Source: Candidatus Brocadiia bacterium (lineage in GTDB: Bacteria > Planctomycetota > Brocadiia > SM23-32). From it: a DNA stretch of 64,000 nucleotides. Positions 50,801 to 59,472 of the stretch are shown in pieces. Position 1 is the first letter of the stretch. Each line of letters opens with the position of its first letter. The DNA lies in the NCBI GenBank assembly GCA_046538485.1, contig JBKHIT010000013.1, positions 26,271-90,270 of the forward strand. The letters run 5' to 3'. The notes beneath the pieces were generated by a model. The model did not search any database. It was given only the letters and a program-made list of their open reading frames with translations, and was not told the origin of the DNA. The position numbers and the translations under genes were made by a program.

Positions 50801-50896
50801 CTCTACAACGGCTCCGGTTACCGCAGGCTCCGCTTGCAGGGAGACCAACGAGCCCGGTGGGAACTCCACCTCGTTTTTTTCGGGTTTCTGAGACAC
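47807..50896 (-). CDS. SNF2-family (RapA/HepA/DrmD-like) helicase
   Basis: LIADGVGVGKT, DEAHH, LTATP, YDLPWNPMRIEQRIGRIDR. Probable GTG start at 50896 with GAGGA RBS. Confidence 0.9.
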   Translation of the reverse strand: MSQKPEKNEVEFPPGSLVSLQAEPAVTGAVVEVLLGKPENRFVVLVGEETRTYYASQLVAVEKQTAPQKVLPLSHFHAHLSALQIQHPGTSTLYSLNAARVDFVPYQFRPVMKFIRAERPRLLIADGVGVGKTIEAGLILRELQARSEVDSALIICPKALVTDRKWELEMKRFDEKFTQLDGPTLRHCMRETDLDGEWPGRHSKTVMPYSLFNEVLLKGRGPGKTTHRRLGLKELDPPPYFDLVIVDEAHHIRNTDTYSHKVVRFFCENAEAVLFLTATPIQMGAHDLFVLLNVLRPDLIVDEESFEYMAQPNEHINRGIRAARGAQPGWEKKAKNAVEDAGRTEWGRAILSMSPDYKDVRDRLSQGQLSPNKRVEIINDLQELHTFSDLINRTRRRDIGEFTTRKPETVRVPFTDDQKAVHDQMLRVQARILSRLHEDIPVKFLMTTIRRQAASCLFGLAPFLEAILTRRIDELVQQEATEAYDIPDMSFLPNIRSEIETVIGKAKRLRGPDRKLEALRGIVTEKQEMENNRVMLFSTFRHTLKYLMYRLGNDGYRITVMHGGTPDGERVRIRERFRLPRENDEALDMVLFSEVACEGLDFEFCDCIVNYDLPWNPMRIEQRIGRIDRHGQASDTVAIYNMITPGTVDAEIYERCLSRIGVFEKALGSNETILGEISQEIHSIAENLELSEEERNARLQQLADNEIREIQEEERLEERQRDLFGIRLPQEELKEEIDDAASYWLSADAIENLVMKYLDHISDSPGGHIQGKGLLKNLRTSREMRETLLDDFRALELKRSETRRQWSQFLRRGNPHLAITFDAECARDNREATFITPVHPVVLQAAEAFGPEKRLYTAFEVEEAEVDPGDYPFAIYEWRYSGLRDQLALRPICEEPRLSDNFLSFLERGDPIDLALAGLPPDSKFDDLDQRHHGEWRQALEEHRADTAEHVAYKRESLKKSYSASSGLLSDKLHEATDENIRRMYISQLEKARRDHTKRLEELDKAEKKADISAQPVAFGIIRVAERGR

Positions 50897-51129
50897 TGCA
50901 TGTCCTCGACATTGATACCGGCCACCGCGCAGCCTTTTGTAGTTGCAGACTGTGAGATTTGTATAATGGTGAGGCAAATCCATTATAGTAAGGCTGATGC
51001 CAGTTTCAATCCTTATACCCACGGCCTCAAGGGTCCTGGCTGGCCGGCGCCGATGAGAGTACGGAGGACAGAAAACAGGCGTTACTACGCGAGTCCCGCT
51101 TGAAGACCGGCGTAAGATTAATCGATTTA

Positions 51130-51477
51130 GCCCGGATATGTCATGAATTCCGAAGTGATATTACTATAAAGCATTTTTGGGCTTGGTCTTACTACGTATT
51201 TCACTATGATGATTTGTACACACCCTGTACTGAGCGCTTTTTCAAACAAACGGCAGGAATTCACCCTGTCGGGAGCCCCCTCAGCCGCCAGTTGGCGGTT
51301 CCGTTGGAGTGAGACTGTCAGACCGCGCGGACGGTGACAAAAAAACCAGCCCCGGTCTTACTATGATGAAAGAGGCTTCTGCCTCTATGCTTTGTCAGGC
51401 TGCAGTTGGGGTATACGAACACACCCGCCTTTACCCTCCGCGCATATCCGGCGCTGAGGGGCTTGAAATATGCGGGT
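51130..51477. mobile_element. 348-bp MITE, GCCCGGAT-type TIRs, TA-flanked
   Basis: TA|GCCCGGATATGTCA ... TGAAATATGCGGGT|TA. Internally homologous to 60706-60951. Confidence 0.75.
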
Positions 51478-51511
51478 TAGGCCGGGCGCCCACTGTCAAG
51501 GCGCAGAATGC

Positions 51512-51540
51512 TTGACCTTTTTTGGTTTCTTAACTATACT
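51512..51540 (+). promoter_or_regulatory. tRNA promoter
   Basis: TTGACC-N17-TATACT. Confidence 0.75.
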
Positions 51541-51558
51541 TTCCAGAGACGAATCAGC

Positions 51559-51635
51559 ACCCCCTTAGCTCAGTTTGGCAGAGCAACGGATTCTTAATCC
51601 GTGGGTCCGGGGTTCGAGTCCCCGAGGGGGTACCA
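51559..51635 (+). tRNA. trnK: tRNA-Lys (anticodon CTT)
   Basis: Acceptor ACCCCCT/AGGGGGT, D arm GCTC/GAGC, anticodon arm ACGGA-TTCTTAA-TCCGT, GTTCGAG T-loop, encoded CCA. Confidence 0.95.
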
Positions 51636-51798
51636 TTCACTTCATTATTGGAAGCTCTTGCCAGGCAAGGGCTTCCAGTTTTTGTTCGATCGTTTGCCGT
51701 TGTGGACTGCGTATCCGACTGCCAAACCGGCCAAGAAGCTTATGTAGCACAGCCTCTCCCGCGCACCCCATGTAGCACAGGCTCCTTGGGCTCCATAG

Positions 51799-52540
51799 TT
51801 AATATGAAGGCCGTCCCTCCTGTAAGATTTGTGGTGATGTTGAGAGTCATTTTTCTCACAAGGAGAAACGGCCCAATGGTTGAGTCTAATGTGTTGCGCA
51901 GAAATGGCAAGCGTATCGTAATCGGTTTAGGCGATCGGGTATACGTCGGATTGGACGTGCACAAGAAAAATATCAATGTCGTTGTGTGGAGAGACAGGCG
52001 AAAGGTAGCCGAGTGGCTGAGTCCAAGTTCGCCGCGGGCTCTGGTTGCCAGCCTCAAGCCGCTGGGTGCGGCTGCCGAAAAAGCCGTCTACGAAGCGGGA
52101 CCGTGCGGATTCGAACTGTATCAGCCGGAGCGTTTCGAGGTGCACAGGCAAGTATCGACTATGGTCGGTCTTGTGCCGCGCTTTGCCAGCAGCGGGGAAA
52201 GGCACACAGACGAGGGTCTTATCAAAGCCGGCAGGGAAAGCTTGCGCTCGATGCTTGTGGATGCGGCCTGGCGGTGGGTAGGTTTAGAGAACGCTGCAAG
52301 CAAAACGTTCGCAAGGCTGGTGGGTAATACTGGCTGCAAGCAAAAAGTGATCGTAGGGATGGCCCGAAAGCTTTGCGTGAATCTCTGGTGCATGCGCACG
52401 CGGGGTGAGCGATATCGTCCGGGAGGATAACACAGAGACTCCCGGCTGATAAGAACAGTAATCACAATTCAGATAGTAAACGAGAAAGGACAAACACAAG
52501 ATGGAATGGATTTTGGTCTTGACAAACGGCCTCATAGGAG
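51799..52540 (+). mobile_element. IS110-family (IS1111-like) element, internally deleted, inserted in a REP-like palindrome
   Basis: Subterminal IRs ATGAAGGCCGT / ACGGCCTCAT. AG present at both junctions. Flanks rejoin to match the empty site at 56016-56073. Confidence 0.85.
51876..52430 (+). pseudogene. IS110 recombinase/transposase with in-frame internal deletion (184 aa)
   Basis: YVGLDVHKK and YEAG (N-terminal DEDD part) are fused directly to PERF...GLVP...SSG...KAG...MARKL (C-terminal part). The D..D and IPGVG region is missing. Confidence 0.85.
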
Positions 52541-52896
52541 CCTCGTGCGGAGAAGGCTCCAGCCTGTGAACCGGGTCGTCAGCCCCGGACTGCTCTTCCA
52601 GGCTCACTTTTGTGGTGGGCCTCCAGCCCACTATGTTTTTCTTTGCGCTGTTAACCCAGGGCTCCGAAGACCTTCAGCCTTCTGCACCATGGGCTATGAT
52701 ATTTTGACTTTTCAGGGCTGCTTTGCTGCTATAGTCGGTCATCTCCGCTTTTCTGCACTGGTTTGCTATGGTAGGTTTGTTGCTGGAGTCTGAAAATCCT
52801 TTCTTGTATTACTTTAACACGAATAAAACTTACCGAAGGGAATTGACAGCTGGCCTTATCGTTGGGGACACTATCTGGAGCAAGGAGTCAAGACGA

Positions 52897-54486
52897 ATGG
52901 GAGAAACCCTGTACAACGGAATTGAACTACCGAACGAATGGCCGCCGCGGAATCTGGGCCCTGCTGGGTATGATCCGATGCCGGTGCCGTATCTTGAAAC
53001 ATCACCCCCGGTCATACCGATCGACGTGGGAAGACAACTTTTTGTTGACGACTTTCTGATCGCAGAAACCAGCATGCAACGTGTCTTTCATGCGGCGGAG
53101 AAGTTCGAGAACAATCCGGTCATGAAGCCGGAAACATCCCTGGAACGAGAAACGAGCGGCGTCTTTCCTGCTGCTGTCCCGAAGGACGGCGGCGTCTGGT
53201 GGGATCCTGCTGAACGACGTTTCAAGATGTGGTACGAGGCCGGGTGGTGCGGTGCACTTAGCTACGCCGTCAGTGCGGACGGCCTGGTCTGGTCGCGGCC
53301 GGAACTCGATGTCAACCCGCCCACCAACCAGGTCGTGCAGGGGCTCGTCGGCGACTCGGGTGCCGTCGTGCTTGACCTCGATAGCGAGAATCCCCGGCAA
53401 CGCTATAAGATGTTCCAACGGGAATGCAATGCGGCCATCGGTATGGGGCGTGGTCCTGGGAACAGCCTGGTTTCGGCCGACGGCATCCACTGGAGTGCCC
53501 CGGTGAAGACAGGACCTGTAGGGGACCGCAGTACGATGTTCTACAACGCGTTTCGGAAGAAATGGGTCTACAGTATCCGCAGCAGCCGGGCCGGGATCGG
53601 CCGCGCCAGGGAATATCGGGAGCACGATGATTTTCTCCAGGGCGCCACCTGGACCGATACTGAGAAGGTCTTCTGGTGCGGCGCTGATCGCCACGATACA
53701 CCGGACCCGGAGATTGGCGATCCCGCGCAGCTCTACAACCTGACCGCGGTGGCCTACGAAAGCATCATGCTCGGCCTCTTCGAGATTCACCTTGGTCCCA
53801 GCAACGAGAAGTGCAAGGAGCAGCGGCGTCCGAAGATCACGGAACTGAAAACTGCCTTCAGCCGTGATGGATTTCACTGGCACCGCCCGGACCGCAACGT
53901 CTTCATCGAAGCGGTCCGCAATCCCGATGCCTGGGACCGGGGCTACGTGCAGTCAGTGGGGGGCATTTGCACTATCCACGATGATGAACTGTGGTTCTAT
54001 TATACGGGTTTTGCGGGTGACTCTGGCAATGCGACGGACCGGTTTGGGTTTCCTGCCGCCCTGTATTCGAACGGATGCACCGGGATCGCCAAACTCCGCC
54101 GTGACGGTTTTGCTTCGATGCATGCGAACGAGGAGGAAACCGTGCTGCTCACCCGCCCGGTTACCTTTTCCGGGAGCCATCTCTTCGTCAACGTGGACAA
54201 CCCGAACGGCGAGCTGGGCGTGGAACTGTGTGATAAGAACGGCACGGTGCTGTCGGGCTTCAGTAAAGTGGACTGTCTGCCTGTGGGGACGGATTCCACC
54301 AGGGTGCGAATCCAATGGGATGACCGATCGAGTGTTGCGGAGTTTGCCGGGCGTCCTGTCCGCTTCCGGTTCTATCTGCGTGATGGGGACCTGTATGGCT
54401 TCTGGGTAAGCGGTTCCGCACGCGGTGAGTCCAGTGGCTACATCGCGGCCGGCGGACCAGGCTTTACCAGCAACCGCGATCTCTGA
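52897..54486 (+). CDS. GH32/GH43-clan-like five-bladed beta-propeller glycosidase
   Basis: RQLFVDDFLI, FKMWY, SADGLVW / SADGIHW / SRDGFHW repeats, LRRDGFAS. AAGGAG RBS before the ATG at 52897. Confidence 0.75.
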   Translation: MGETLYNGIELPNEWPPRNLGPAGYDPMPVPYLETSPPVIPIDVGRQLFVDDFLIAETSMQRVFHAAEKFENNPVMKPETSLERETSGVFPAAVPKDGGVWWDPAERRFKMWYEAGWCGALSYAVSADGLVWSRPELDVNPPTNQVVQGLVGDSGAVVLDLDSENPRQRYKMFQRECNAAIGMGRGPGNSLVSADGIHWSAPVKTGPVGDRSTMFYNAFRKKWVYSIRSSRAGIGRAREYREHDDFLQGATWTDTEKVFWCGADRHDTPDPEIGDPAQLYNLTAVAYESIMLGLFEIHLGPSNEKCKEQRRPKITELKTAFSRDGFHWHRPDRNVFIEAVRNPDAWDRGYVQSVGGICTIHDDELWFYYTGFAGDSGNATDRFGFPAALYSNGCTGIAKLRRDGFASMHANEEETVLLTRPVTFSGSHLFVNVDNPNGELGVELCDKNGTVLSGFSKVDCLPVGTDSTRVRIQWDDRSSVAEFAGRPVRFRFYLRDGDLYGFWVSGSARGESSGYIAAGGPGFTSNRDL

Positions 54487-54934
54487 CCGCTACGGCGGAC
54501 GAAGGTAACAACATCGATGAAATAACGGCGTGAAGAACACGGGACCTGCGCTCCGAGGGACCGGACGAGGCCACGTCGTCTGCGCTGGGCGCTTCCGGCT
54601 ACCGGGTCCGAAAGGGGACTTCGCATCACCACCGAACGATTACGTCCCTGGCCCATACGATTGGTGCTGCGCCCGAAATGGTGGCCTGGCTCGAAAACGA
54701 ACACCCGGAAATGATTTGAGAATTACGTTCGTGGACACAGATATGGGGTATTCGGAGGGGGCCGGGTTGGTATGTGGTATGTGTTTAGGTCCCGGGTGAA
54801 AGCTGCGAGCTGAGACGGGAGAGGACTTTTTGCGTGCGGGGCCTGGGGACGGTAGAATGTTGAGGGAGATTGGAACAGTAGAGACGCAAAAAGGAAAAAA
54901 ACCGTACGATGTCCCCGGATATCGGAGCCGCGAA

Positions 54935-55669
54935 ATGGGAAAAGGGTCCTCAAAAGAGATGGTGAAGGGTAAAAAAATCTATCTTGTGCTTACATGGTTA
55001 ATCCGCATCTCGCTTCTCTTTGCCATCCTGGGAGCTATTTGGGAACGAGCGTGGATGCCGCTATTTGTCAGTTCCCTTTCATTGCTACTTTCCTTTCTGC
55101 CTTTATTTATGAAGAGGAACTACAGGATTAACCTTCCGGGAGAGATCCAAATTATAATTGTCCTCTTCGTATATGCGGCCCTTTTTCTAGGGATGGCCAG
55201 GGAATGGTATGCACGTTTCCGCTGGTGGGATTCGATGATGCACAGTTTCTCTGGAATTGCACTGGGCTTTGCGGGTTTTATGATTCTGTATGTCCTTCAC
55301 AAAAGTGGGAAGTTGGAGGCAAAGCCTTCCCTTATAGTCCTCTTTTCGTTTTGCTTTGCAGTTGCAATGGGAACCGTTTGGGAAATATTGGAATTCGCGA
55401 CTGACACCTATTTTACCCAAGTGAATATGCAACGTACCAGAACCATTGAAGAAGTTATCCAATATGGAAGTACACGGCTTGTAATTTATGATACGATGTG
55501 GGATTTGGTACTCAACACCATAGGAGCCTTTCTGGCTTCCCTCGGCGGTTACATATACCTCAAGAAAGGCGAAATATTTCTTTTCGATAAACTGGTCAAC
55601 CAGTTCGAAGAAGTGAATCCGCAACTGTTCAAGCGGAGGCACCGAAGGCACGAGGATAAGGCAGGGTGA
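54935..55669 (+). CDS. Integral membrane protein (DUF2238-like); start uncertain (54935 or 54959)
   Basis: Multiple TM helices. WWD..MH, WE..EF..D, DTMWDL..N motifs. Confidence 0.65.
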   Translation: MGKGSSKEMVKGKKIYLVLTWLIRISLLFAILGAIWERAWMPLFVSSLSLLLSFLPLFMKRNYRINLPGEIQIIIVLFVYAALFLGMAREWYARFRWWDSMMHSFSGIALGFAGFMILYVLHKSGKLEAKPSLIVLFSFCFAVAMGTVWEILEFATDTYFTQVNMQRTRTIEEVIQYGSTRLVIYDTMWDLVLNTIGAFLASLGGYIYLKKGEIFLFDKLVNQFEEVNPQLFKRRHRRHEDKAG

Positions 55670-55691
55670 TATACTGATATTGTGTTGAGTC

Positions 55692-55756
55692 TTGGGGATT
55701 GGGCATTGGGGTCAGACCGGGAGCAGTTGTTGTTAGTTGCTCGTTGCTGGTTGTTG
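55692..55756. repeat. Short heptamer tandem repeats
   Basis: ttgggga ttgggca ttggggt, then gttgtta gttgctc gttgctg gttgttg. Confidence 0.5.
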
Positions 55757-56015
55757 AAGGATATGAGTGAAGGGTGTGAGGGGCGGGCCATCAGAAGTGT
55801 TTCCGCGTAAATAAGTTACGGCAAAAAGCTTGATATATGGCTTAGAGGAGCCATCCTGCCTGAGGCGGATAAATGTGACTCCAAAAACAGGCTGCTAAAG
55901 CGGGCGGACGGACGGAGTACAGAAGACAGATGACAGCGACGGTGCTGGGGCAGGAGGCGAAGCGGTGGCGACCAGCGCACTCCGGTAGGAGCGGCGGTCG
56001 GGCCTTGTGGTCCGA

Positions 56016-56073
56016 TTCACAGGCTGGAGCCTTCTCCGCACGAGGCTATGGAGCTCAAGGGCCTGTGCCACAT
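56016..56073 (-). repeat. REP-like palindrome: empty copy of the IS target site
   Basis: Minus strand reads ATGTGGCACAGGCCCTTGAGCTCCATAGCCTCGTGCGGAGAAGGCTCCAGCCTGTGAA, near-identical to 51770-51798 joined to 52541-52570. Confidence 0.85.
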
Positions 56074-56147
56074 CGAAGACGACAAAACGACGAACGGCAA
56101 CGGCAAAGAAGAACGGCAAGGCGCAAAAGGTATCTGCCGATTGGCGA

Positions 56148-56176
56148 TTGAAACCTGCCGCAGAGCTCTTTAGACT
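56148..56176 (+). promoter_or_regulatory. Sigma70-type promoter of the kinase gene
   Basis: TTGAAA-N17-TAGACT. Confidence 0.55.
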
Positions 56177-56235
56177 TAGATTTGGGATAACGCTATTTTC
56201 AGGTCTATTAAGGGTTAAGCGAGAGAACGGCACGT

Positions 56236-59200
56236 ATGGAATCAGTTCAGAAATTTACCTGTCCGCATTGTGGAGCCCAGCAGGAAGTAAGGTCATCACT
56301 CCGGACCGGAGACAGTTTCGAGTGCGAGGACTGTGGCCGGAAGATCGTTTTTGGGGCGGAAGAACTGTCCAAGCCTACCATTTCCACGCAGGTAATTGGG
56401 CAGTTGTGGGAAGAGTCGCTATCGGAGAACAACTCTCCCAACGATACGATTAAAGAAGCGCGTCGTGCTGAGCGGTCCCTGGAAGGTGTTACCATTCAGC
56501 GCCGGGATGTCCTGCCGGAGAGGGAAGACCAGGAAGAATACGCCGACTACAAGCTGGAGGAACTCATTGGCAGGGGCGGGATGGGGGTCGTATATAAAGC
56601 GCATCAGTTTTCAATGGATCGGGAAGTGGCCGTCAAGATGATTCATTCTGAGGCGGCCGACGATTCTCACAATCGGGCGAAATTTCTCTCTGAGGCCGCG
56701 GTTACAGGCAACCTCGATCATCCGAACATCGTACCCATCCACGATCTGGGATCCGACGAAAAGGGGCAACTTTTTTATGCGATGAAAGAGGTGAAGGGCC
56801 GGTCGTGGCGCGAAGTGATCGAAGAAAACGGCGTTCAGGAGAATGTGGATATTCTGCTGGATGTATGTGATGCCGTGGCATTCGCCCATTCGAAAGGTGT
56901 GATTCACCGTGATATCAAACCTGAAAACGTAATGCTGGGAGAATACGGAGAAGTGCTACTGATGGACTGGGGCCTCGCTGCTTCCACGGGCGAAGGGGGG
57001 AAGGGGGAGAGTCTCAATGGCAAAGTGAGCACTGCCGGCACCCCGTCCTATATGGCGCCGGAGATGGCGCGAGGACTCGGAGATTCGATCGGGTTCCATA
57101 GCGATCAATATCTGCTGGGAGCGATTCTATTCCAGATTGTGACGGGCAAACGTCCCCACCCGGGAGAATCCACCATCGAATGCATTCGCAACGCCGGGAA
57201 TAATGTGATCCAGGAGACCGACCAGACGGGCGAACTCGTGCACATTGCAATGAAAGCAATGGCAACTGATCCAAAGGATCGTTACGAAAGCGTTCAGGAG
57301 TTTCAGAATGCTCTGCAGCAGTATGGGAAACATCTGGAAAGCGTGAGATTGGGGCAGCAAGCTCGAACCCAGCTGGAGAAAGCGAAGGAAAGCGGTAGCT
57401 ATGATGACTACGCAGCGGCCGCTTTCGGATTCAAGCAAGCTGTCGAACTCTGGGCTGGCAACGAACGCGCGGCCGCGGGAATTGTTGAGGCGGAAGTTGC
57501 CTATGCCAAATGCGCGCTCAGACACGGAGATCTGGATCTTGCGGGGTCACTTCTGCGTGAAGAAGAACCGAGTCATGCCGACCTGATTGAAAGAGTGGAA
57601 GTTCTGCGGAAACGTCGGGACGGCCGGAGGAAAACAGTGCGTCTGCTCTCATACGCGTCTGTAACTCTGGTTGCTATCGTCATTGTTATCCTGGCAGTGG
57701 CATTCTTCTGGGTCCGGGAGGAACGTAATGCGGCCATTGCAGCGAAAGCGAAAGAAATACGCTCGCGTCAGCAGACAGAATTAGCGCGAGACAAGGCTGA
57801 GATCGCGCGAAAGAAGGCTGTGCAGGCGAGACAAGAGACGCTCGCTAATGCGCGGAAAGCTTCCGAACGATTCTGCAAACAGGCATTGCGTATGATTAAT
57901 GAAGGCCGTTTGAAGGAAGCTCAACACCGTGCCGAAGATGCCCTTCTGGTTTGCAAACAGGCCCCCTTTGGCTGGTATGCGCAAGCGAGAGTTGCCCAGG
58001 CGAAAAATAGTCATGAGAAGGCGATCGAACTTTTTGAGAAAAGTCTGGAAGTGAATCCGAATTACAAAGATTCGGAAATTGCAATGGTCCGTTCGAAAGA
58101 AGCTCTCGGTCGCCTTGCTGCCGCCGAGGTAGATGTTAAGCTGAGTGAACTGATAGATGAGGAGGGTTTGGAGGCGGAGGAAGATTCTTACGTAGATGGC
58201 GTCGATACGGTGCAGGATTGGAAGAACCTGAAGGAGTACGCCGATGCGGCATTTTCGGCGGGGCGTTACGAGAAGGCGTACGAAACGTATAAGAGGACAC
58301 TGAAGGTTATGGAGAAGGAGGGAGCGCTCGCGTATCAAATCCAGGAATGTAAGTCCAGGATTCAGAAATCGCACGTGAAAAATTTGTGTGATTCATGGTA
58401 TGCCGAAAGGGATAAGCAAACAGGGAAGGAGAAGGCAGAGGCTGTTATAGGGAAACTTCGGGAATGCAATGGCGAGATCGGCGAATGGGAATATGAGGTG
58501 GATGGAAATCGTCTTGTTTCGATGCAGGCGAACGAGGGCGATTCGCTCCGCTGGTTGGAACCTTTGAGGGGGTTGGAATTGACTTCGCTGAGCCTGGTGG
58601 CCTGCCCCCATCTGTCGGATCTTTCTCCGCTCAGAGGTATGCCGCTCCAAAAACTGCACCTTGAAAAAGTCTCAGTCAGTGATATTAGCGCTCTTAAAGG
58701 CATGCCGCTGAAACAGTTGCGATTGGGAGATAGTCCGGTCAGCGATATCAGTGCGCTGAAGGGATTGTCACTCATGGATTTCAAGCTCTGGAACACGGGG
58801 GTCAGGGATATAAGTCCTCTCAGCGGGATGCCGCTAACGCAACTACGCTTGCGGCAGAACTATATCAACGATATCCGGGCGCTGAACGGCTTGCCGCTCA
58901 AGACTTTGGAATTCACTTATAACAGGGATCCAGAAGTAACCGATTTGAGCCCGCTGAAAGGGATGCGGCTGACGGAGTTGAATCTTTGCGGCAATAGCAT
59001 AGCTGATCTGCAACCCCTCAAGGGCATGCCGCTGACTGATCTGAACCTTTGTGGGAATAATGTGACTGATCTAACTCCCCTGAGAGGTATGCCACTGGAA
59101 TCGTTGAATATTGCTCTCACCGGTGTGAGTAGCCTGACCCCACTCAGAGGCATGCCGCTGAAATCGCTGAACCTTTATGATACGAACGTAACCGACATCA

Positions 59201-59472
59201 GTGTGCTTGAGGATATGCCGCTGGAGTGGTTAAATCTGGGGAGAACAGAAGTGCGCGATATGAGCCCTTTGAAGAGGACGCAGCTGCAAAAGCTCGCCTT
59301 ACCTTCTGACCGAGAAGGAGTTGAAGTCCTCCGGGCAATAGACACGCTCAAAGCTATTGGAATAGCGAAGGGGTATTTATCTATTACCTGGCAATCCGCC
59401 GACGAGTTCTGGGCTAACAGGAAGGCGCGGGAGGCTCTGGAAGAAGGAGTCTACGAGGATTCTGTGCATTGA
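56236..59472 (+). CDS. Membrane Ser/Thr protein kinase: Zn ribbon - kinase - TM - coiled coil - TPR - about 12 LRRs
   Basis: CPHC..CEDC, IGRGGMGVVY, VAVK, HRDIKPEN, DWG, GTPSYMAPE. One TM helix. 21-aa LxPLxGMPLxxLxL repeats. Confidence 0.93.
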   Translation: MESVQKFTCPHCGAQQEVRSSLRTGDSFECEDCGRKIVFGAEELSKPTISTQVIGQLWEESLSENNSPNDTIKEARRAERSLEGVTIQRRDVLPEREDQEEYADYKLEELIGRGGMGVVYKAHQFSMDREVAVKMIHSEAADDSHNRAKFLSEAAVTGNLDHPNIVPIHDLGSDEKGQLFYAMKEVKGRSWREVIEENGVQENVDILLDVCDAVAFAHSKGVIHRDIKPENVMLGEYGEVLLMDWGLAASTGEGGKGESLNGKVSTAGTPSYMAPEMARGLGDSIGFHSDQYLLGAILFQIVTGKRPHPGESTIECIRNAGNNVIQETDQTGELVHIAMKAMATDPKDRYESVQEFQNALQQYGKHLESVRLGQQARTQLEKAKESGSYDDYAAAAFGFKQAVELWAGNERAAAGIVEAEVAYAKCALRHGDLDLAGSLLREEEPSHADLIERVEVLRKRRDGRRKTVRLLSYASVTLVAIVIVILAVAFFWVREERNAAIAAKAKEIRSRQQTELARDKAEIARKKAVQARQETLANARKASERFCKQALRMINEGRLKEAQHRAEDALLVCKQAPFGWYAQARVAQAKNSHEKAIELFEKSLEVNPNYKDSEIAMVRSKEALGRLAAAEVDVKLSELIDEEGLEAEEDSYVDGVDTVQDWKNLKEYADAAFSAGRYEKAYETYKRTLKVMEKEGALAYQIQECKSRIQKSHVKNLCDSWYAERDKQTGKEKAEAVIGKLRECNGEIGEWEYEVDGNRLVSMQANEGDSLRWLEPLRGLELTSLSLVACPHLSDLSPLRGMPLQKLHLEKVSVSDISALKGMPLKQLRLGDSPVSDISALKGLSLMDFKLWNTGVRDISPLSGMPLTQLRLRQNYINDIRALNGLPLKTLEFTYNRDPEVTDLSPLKGMRLTELNLCGNSIADLQPLKGMPLTDLNLCGNNVTDLTPLRGMPLESLNIALTGVSSLTPLRGMPLKSLNLYDTNVTDISVLEDMPLEWLNLGRTEVRDMSPLKRTQLQKLALPSDREGVEVLRAIDTLKAIGIAKGYLSITWQSADEFWANRKAREALEEGVYEDSVH

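Noticed and set aside
51600..51635. Integrative element att site at the tRNA 3' end
   Set aside because: No duplicated tRNA 3' end and no integrase were seen in the window.
51559..51635. A1-U72 first pair and U32 in tRNA-Lys as a sign of a special tRNA
   Set aside because: The cloverleaf, promoter and CCA are otherwise normal, and this is within natural variation.
52615..52720. Degenerate AACCCAGGGCT..TGGGCT REP-like remnant
   Set aside because: A single decayed copy in the window; boundaries cannot be supported.
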